64,000 bases of DNA, taken from NCBI RefSeq assembly GCF_009914755.1, contig NC_060927.1. One strand, written 5' to 3'. The position numbers and the translations under genes were made by a program. The DNA comes from the human T2T-CHM13v2.0 reference genome, Homo sapiens. Positions 57,560-64,000 of this stretch are shown here, one piece after another (within the stretch, counting starts at the first letter, position 1; every line of letters begins with the position of its first letter). A model generated the notes under the pieces. That model saw nothing but the letters and a program-made list of their open reading frames with translations. It was not told where the DNA came from and ran no database searches.

Positions 57560-57965
57560 ACCTAGGGATCACACTTTATTTCTTCCTGTTTTAGGTCCTG
57601 ATTAGATGCAATTGACTTCCAAGTCTCATTAATTTTTAACTGCTTAGTATTTCTCAAAGTTGTTTCTCTTTCCCTGCTCAGTATCCCTGCTTTGCTTTAG
57701 ATTCTGTTTTCTGTCACTTGCACAATCCCAATTGTCTTTTTGCCTCTATTTTCAAAGCTTCTGCTCCAAGTCTATCATATTCCATATTGCAGTTTAGTCA
57801 TTAGAATGATTTAGTCATGTAGAAGTCAGTTCATGTCACTTGCCTTAAAGATAAAATGTAAAATCCCTAACACAGCACAAAAGTCCTTTGGGATCGAGCC
57901 ATTGCACATTCTCCAGCCTCATTTCTTCCCACTCTCTCCTTAGTACTATACAACCAGTAGGTCTG
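57560..57965 (+). mobile_element. L2 fragment
   Basis: AAAACCTAGGGATCAC...CATGTCACTTGCCTTAAAG...CTCCAGCCTCATTTC. Confidence 0.55.
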
Positions 57966-58739
57966 AATTATGATCAAATCTCAACGAACAAAGAATAGGA
58001 AGTATTGGTGGCATTTGGGAATAGATAAGTAATAACAACAAATAACGGCTAAGAAAAAGTATCCAAAAAGTGCTATAAAGTGCACTCAAAACAAACCTAT
58101 TTAAAATTCTTAGGAACACATTTACAACTAAACAGGTATCATGTAAAAGTTATAAAACAAATTACATAAAAACAAATAATGGCACTATATATCACATGAA
58201 TGGATTAGTGAAAAATAAGCAAAGAATCACTATTCCCTGAACCCTGCTCTTGTACTATTTCTTCACTGAGTGCTTTTGTGATGACATGTTGAAGACTTAA
58301 TTGAATACTTTTAGTTCTAAACATACGCTTCTAATTTCTTCATTTCCACAGCTTTTATATAATTATAGATTACATAGCTACATGTGGCTTCATTCTGCTT
58401 TCCAAGAGTATCTGACTTCACTGCCCACATCTGCAAATGGGTTGTCAGTGGTATTATCAACGGACTAACCATCTATCTGATGGGAGAGGACGGGGCACTG
58501 CCTTATAGGATACCTCAGTGATGCTGTGAGCACTCTCTGAATAACTATGTATAAATATTGATAAGTATCAATACATTGCATTCTCTTTTACATCTGTTTG
58601 ATCTTTTCACGTTCCCAAACTGAATATTATTGCTTAGCACAGCACTTAGTATAAAGCTTTATATAGAGTATATATCTAATGTATATGTAATTAAAACATG
58701 AGTGTATGTGCCCACAGAAGGCTTTCTTTCCCCACCTAC

Positions 58740-59200
58740 ATTTTTAAAAATTCACAAATAAACTTGTATATATTTATGGTGTGCAACATGATGTTTTGGT
58801 ATATCCTATCAATATATTGTAGCATGTGGTATATATTGTGGGGTGACCGAATCAAACTAATTAACATATCCATTACCTCATATACACATCATTTTTTTCT
58901 TGTGGTGAGAATATTTAAAGCCTTTTAGCAATGTTTAGGTATGTAGTACTTGTTATTAACTATAGTCACTATATTAACTATAGTCACTACAGTTATGAAT
59001 ATATAATACATTGTTATTAACGATGGTCACTATTATACAATAGTTTTTTAGATTCCACATAAAAGTAAAATCTCACGGTATTTGTCTTTCTGTGCCTGGC
59101 TTATTTTACTTAGCACAATGTCCTCTAGGTTCACCTACGTTGTTGCAAATGACTAGGATTTCCTTCTTTTTAAAAATTGAATAGTATCCTATTATGTGGC
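58740..59200 (-). mobile_element. L1MA (L1MA8-10-like) 3' end
   Basis: TTGTATATATTTATGGTGTGCAACATGATGTTTT...TTTTAGATTCCACATA...GTATTTGTCTTTCTGTGCCTGGCTTATTT. Confidence 0.85.
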
Positions 59201-59489
59201 ACAAATTTTTGAAGAAGAAAATGGATATGAACAGTTATTAACATATTTAATAAACACAAACACAGGATTGTGTTTTAGCAGAATAATGTGTTAAAACATT
59301 TAAGTCTGCTTGATCATCCAGTTTATTAACACAAAACTTTAATTATTTTTCCTGGCCTTAAATTTTATCTGTTTTTGAAAACTGGGGGAAAGAAATATGA
59401 AGCCAAACTTTTCAGTGTATTCATACAGGCCAAAGAATGTCTTTGCCTCTGAAAACATTTGTATTGCTACCACTTACACAGATATAACA

Positions 59490-59795
59490 TTATATTTATT
59501 ATTTATTTATTTATTTTTGAGACAGAGTCTCACTCTGTCACCCAGGCTGGAGTGCAGTGGCCTGATCAGGGCTCACTGAAGGCTTGACTTCCTGGGCTCA
59601 GGTGATCCTCCAACCTCAGCCTCAGCCTGGGACTACAGGCATGTGCCATCATGCCTGGCTAGTTTTAAAATTTTTTTGTAGAGATGGGATTTTCTCATGT
59701 TGTCCAGGATGTTCTCAAACTCCTGGGTTCAAGTGAACCTCCTACCTCAGCTTCCCAAAGTGCTAGGATTATAGGCATGAACACCTTGCCATGCC
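59490..59795 (-). mobile_element. AluJ SINE with (TTTA)n tail
   Basis: TTGAGACAGAGTCTCACTCTGTCACCCAGGCTGG; J-type TCCTGGGCTCAGGTGATCCTCC. Confidence 0.92.
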
Positions 59796-60304
59796 TCATT
59801 TTTTTAACTTTGAAAATATAGTAAAATTTTTATACTTAATGCAAATATATTAGAATTATGCAAAATAATGTTCTTCTGACAAATGAAAGAAATATTTTTG
59901 TTAACTTTTGCAAACATTTTATTTTCAACTAAAATTGAGTTCTTCTAGCTTAATCTTCCAACAGATTTTCTCTAAATGATCTCATTGTTTCCAAATATAA
60001 AATTAAATCAAAATCACCCTCTAAGGACTGTATTTCTCATCATTAAACGTTTTCGAAAGACTATGCTACAAAGTCTCTAGATAGCTGCATAAAAGGAGTG
60101 TTAAGAATGTTTTAATTACTAGAAACAGACTAGAGAAAATACTTCTTTCCAAGGAAGACAATGATTTGAATATCTATGTTCCTATATGTTTAGATTGCCA
60201 TACATTCATTTATTATTCATACATCCAGCACCTCATTTATCAAGTAAATGTATTAACTATTCTTAGTATTTATATTCAAAAGAAAAAAATAAATTCTTTT
60301 CCTT

Positions 60305-60430
60305 TTTTGACTTATTTTTTCATCTGTAAAACCAGGATAAGTCACCTATCTCAAAGGGACGTGGTGAAATTAAATAAGTTAAAACATTGCCTGGCACATA
60401 ACCAGTTCTCATGAGCTGTTAGCTATTGTG
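60305..60430 (+). mobile_element. MIR fragment
   Basis: TTTTCATCTGTAAAACCAGGATAA...TGCCTGGCACATA. Confidence 0.65.
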
Positions 60431-60499
60431 GACTATTAAATTTTGATATATGTTTTGCCTATAATATTGGGTTATTAAACTCATCTTACATAATAGATA

Positions 60500-60622
60500 G
60501 TAATAACCAATATTTGTGTAAATATAGATAACAATATTTATGTAATAAATATGTAATAACAATATTTATATAAATATAAATAATTTATGTAAATATAAAA
60601 ATAAACAATATTTATATATGTA
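60500..60622. repeat. AT-rich degenerate minisatellite (AACAATATTTAT-type unit)
   Basis: CAATATTT(A/G)T recurs four times with TAAATAT spacers. Confidence 0.75.
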
Positions 60623-60727
60623 TTTTCCCTGAAAATGTAGTATGATGGTGTTATGGGGTTATTTAAAAGTTAAGATTTAGAGTAATGATGCAAATTCCAT
60701 GTAAAATCAGTCTTGACCTCTACTCTT

Positions 60728-61195
60728 ATAGCAGGCACTACTAGCCGTCTTAATATTTGATTCATCTTTTGGTAGTAAGTCTTCTTAATGCTTAATTTAA
60801 GCTTTTTTTTTTTTTCATGAAAGACACATTTTCTAGACTCCCTTGCAGCTAGGTGTAAAACAGAAATACACTTGGGCATCAGAATGTGAAATGAAAGGTA
60901 ATGAAAACCTTGTATCGTGGCCTTAAAAGAAGGATCCCTGACCCTTTTTGCTCCCTTTATATGACTGGAATGTGAACATAAGGGTAGGAATTGAAGCAGC
61001 TGCCTTAGAACAAGATGTGAAATTTCTGTGTTGAAGATGGCAGAGAAATAAGATAAAAGGAGCCTGTGTCTCTGACCCCATAAAAGCACATTAGAACTGA
61101 ACTGCTTATGCTCAGATTGTGATATGAAAAAAAAAAAAATTCTCTTTTATTTAACACACTACTGTATCAGGTTCTTGCTATAATACCTATGCCTG
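60728..61195 (+). mobile_element. MLT1J/LTR33-like old LTR
   Basis: CTCCCTTGCAGCTAGGTGT and GAAGATGGCAGAG...AAGGAGCCTGTGTCTCTGA blocks. Confidence 0.65.
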
Positions 61196-61691
61196 TATTC
61201 TCCACTTAAAAAAAAATCTATTAAGGGCCTGGGCCTCCTATATATAATATTTGCATCCTAGCTGTAAAAACATGTTACTGTTATGAAGCCATAGGGGCAC
61301 AAGGATAAATAAATAGCATATGTTCTTTGCTCAGAGGAAACACCAACTCAAGAAAAGTTACCACTATATGTTGAAATTTTCACATATAGGAAAGTAGGTG
61401 CCAATAAAGCCATGGACATGGTGCTGTAGGGGTGCTACAGAGAGCAATGGATGCTTTAAACTTCAACAAAATTCACAAGCTGCATCACTTATTACATTCA
61501 CCATCTATAACTTTCTTTTTGATATAAACTTCAGTTTTTAATGATTGATAACCTGAAGCTGGTTAGCAGGGGAGAAATATTTCCTATAAAAAAAGTCTGC
61601 TCTGTCCAGTGTTCTCATAATAGAGACGGTAATAGCTACAATGCATTGACTGTCTGTGATGTCCCAGCCACTTAACCCTCACTATTTCTTT

Positions 61692-62912
<1,221 letters not shown>

Positions 62913-64000
62913 TCACTATTTCTTTTGGTTCTACCAGCAATCCTACGAAGCAGGTAGTATTCAGGCAAGGATTTGAACCCACGGTTGTCAGATTCCACCG
63001 TTGATGTTCTTTCTATCATATATTCTTCCTCCTTGGTTCATTTCCTTATTACACCATTGGTAATATTGCATAACAAGAACTCATTAAGGTTAGCTCTCTC
63101 CTCCCCCTCTGACTATTTGCTCCTCAATGGTCAGAGCCATATATTGCCCATATAGGCACTTAATGAATATTATGCAATGAAATAGTAAGTGAAAGGAAGT
63201 GACAAACAAAATTTCACACTGACAGCCCTTAAAAGGAAATGATGTTGCTGCAAATATAATCCATCTTTAAGCTCAGTCTTAAACATAAATACCCCCAGGA
63301 TGGTTTTTAAAATATTGTCTTTTGAAAACTATTTCAAGCACTCAGGAAGTTTATTGCAAAATTCTCCAGTTGTCTCTAAAGTTATTGTGCTTTGCTTTTG
63401 TGAAAAACAGTTGTCAAATGTGTTTTTGATAAGAAATATTTTCTGTGATGGCATCATGTAGCTACACCCACAGGCGGTACACCTGTGGTTAAAGTAGATA
63501 GGAGACAGGCATGTTTAGATCAAAGAACCAAGTTTCGTATCTATGCTCTGATTCTATATATAAATCCAAGCAACATTAAGCTTGGGTTTAAAAATGATTC
63601 CCTTACTGTATTCTGTATTTGAATAAAATATTACATATCCATAAATAGGCATATACATTTTAGAAAGTGTTCAAGATAATGCATTATTTTCTGTTTTTTT
63701 CTTTGTTTGAATATACTTCATTTTTTTTCCACTTTATTTTTATTTTAAGACATAAGGGCATTCTGAAATTAGAATGCTAACAGCTCTAACAGCCTGGTTA
63801 CAACAAGACGTAAGTGGCATGAAAGAATATAAGGAGATTTTCTCATATAGTGACTTTTAGATTGACTACCACACATGATTAAAATGTCTGAATTTTGGTA
63901 CATTGTTTAAATGTTTGATATTCAAGACAATTCATCTAGTCATAACTTATATATGTTTTATGTGTATATATTTTAAACCATTGGATCTATTTAACATTGC

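Overview
Primate (human-like) genomic DNA: AT-rich, CpG-poor and dense in interspersed repeats (Alu J/S/Y, L1PA/L1PB/L1M, L2, MIR, MaLR/ERVL LTRs, a MER9/HERV-K9 solo LTR, MER44/MER20/MER3 DNA transposons). I find no intact protein-coding gene, RNA gene, CpG island or CRISPR array. The supplied ORFs are L1 ORF2 fragments, Alu read-throughs, an L2 RT remnant or chance ORFs. The window reads as deep intron or intergenic sequence, and I cannot name a host gene. Points not explained by routine repeat annotation: (1) a ~175-bp old direct duplication (42.6 and 44.1 kb) whose copies both keep a canonical 10-nt microexon architecture; (2) an 89-nt near-perfect pre-miRNA-like hairpin apparently created by an inverted templated insertion inside a MER44/Tigger7 element; (3) a decayed hAT transposase fossil (55.5-56.8 kb) split by an AluY; (4) two twin-primed (5'-inverted) L1s; (5) a perfect 32-bp palindrome resembling a p53 element; (6) several low-confidence promoter and exon candidates. 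Subfamily names come from recalled consensus sequences, and boundaries of old repeats are approximate.
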